Source: Camelus ferus (Eukaryota). Taken from it: 64,000 bases of DNA. Of the stretch, positions 63,691 to 64,000 are shown piece after piece. Under the pieces are notes generated by a model, which searched no databases, was not told the origin of the DNA, and saw only the letters and a list, made by a program, of their open reading frames with translations. Within the stretch, counting starts at the first letter, position 1. Each line of letters starts with the position of its first letter. The DNA is taken from contig NC_045697.1 in the NCBI RefSeq assembly GCF_009834535.1, forward strand, positions 32,862,001 to 32,926,000, given 5' to 3'. A program made the position numbers and the translations under genes.

Positions 63691-64000
63691 TTGTTCTTTG
63701 ATTACCTCAGTTACTGTCTCTAATATAAGTTAACGTGGAATTATAATTATCCAAATACAATTTTGTACTTTTAAAATTCTTAACAAAACAGGACTTCTAA
63801 AACTGGCTTCTTGTAAGAGCTGTCATGTCTTCGGTGAAGTGGGGGAATCAGCTGAAAGTTAAGAAAGCCCCAGCAGAGTCCTTGTACCTGTGAGATATGA
63901 GCCTTTTTTTACTTGAGTTTCAAAGGACATCACTGCTACAATGGTATATATCTTAGAAGTCTGGAAGTTTCTGATTCTTAATGCGTGAATTTTGAAAATT

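Noticed and set aside
63780..63960. Possible exon near the window end
   Set aside because: No convincing pair of splice sites or recognisable translation on either strand.
1..64000. A novel multi-gene system, CRISPR array, operon or defence island
   Set aside because: No long ORFs, no regularly spaced repeat-spacer array and no prokaryotic gene density. The window reads as mammalian repeat-rich non-coding DNA.

Overview
Eukaryotic, not microbial: an AT-rich, CpG-depleted stretch of placental-mammal intergenic or deep-intronic DNA, dominated by decayed transposable elements (L1, L2, MIR, MaLR/ERVL/ERV1 LTRs, hAT and Tigger MITEs) and microsatellites. Five young L1 3' ends resemble the camelid (camel/alpaca/llama) L1 tail as I recall it, and I saw no Alu, B1/B2, Bov-A/BovB, PRE-1 or Can-SINE, so a camelid source is likely (inference). 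I found no host protein-coding gene, tRNA, CRISPR array or operon. The only ORFs in the track with recognisable protein similarity are retroelement relics (L1 ORF2p C-terminus, MaLR internal ORF, ERVL pol). I did not find a new biological system. The most notable items are small retrotransposition and repair footprints: a tailless 5S rRNA retropseudogene with a 17-bp TSD, a chimeric L1 insertion joining an old RT fragment to a young 3' tail, a probable 3'-UTR retrocopy nested in an L1, a perfect 34-bp palindrome at an L1 tail, and a templated-insertion cluster in an LTR. Repeat family names come from recalled consensus sequences, not from a search. Boundaries of old repeats are approximate (tens of bp or more).
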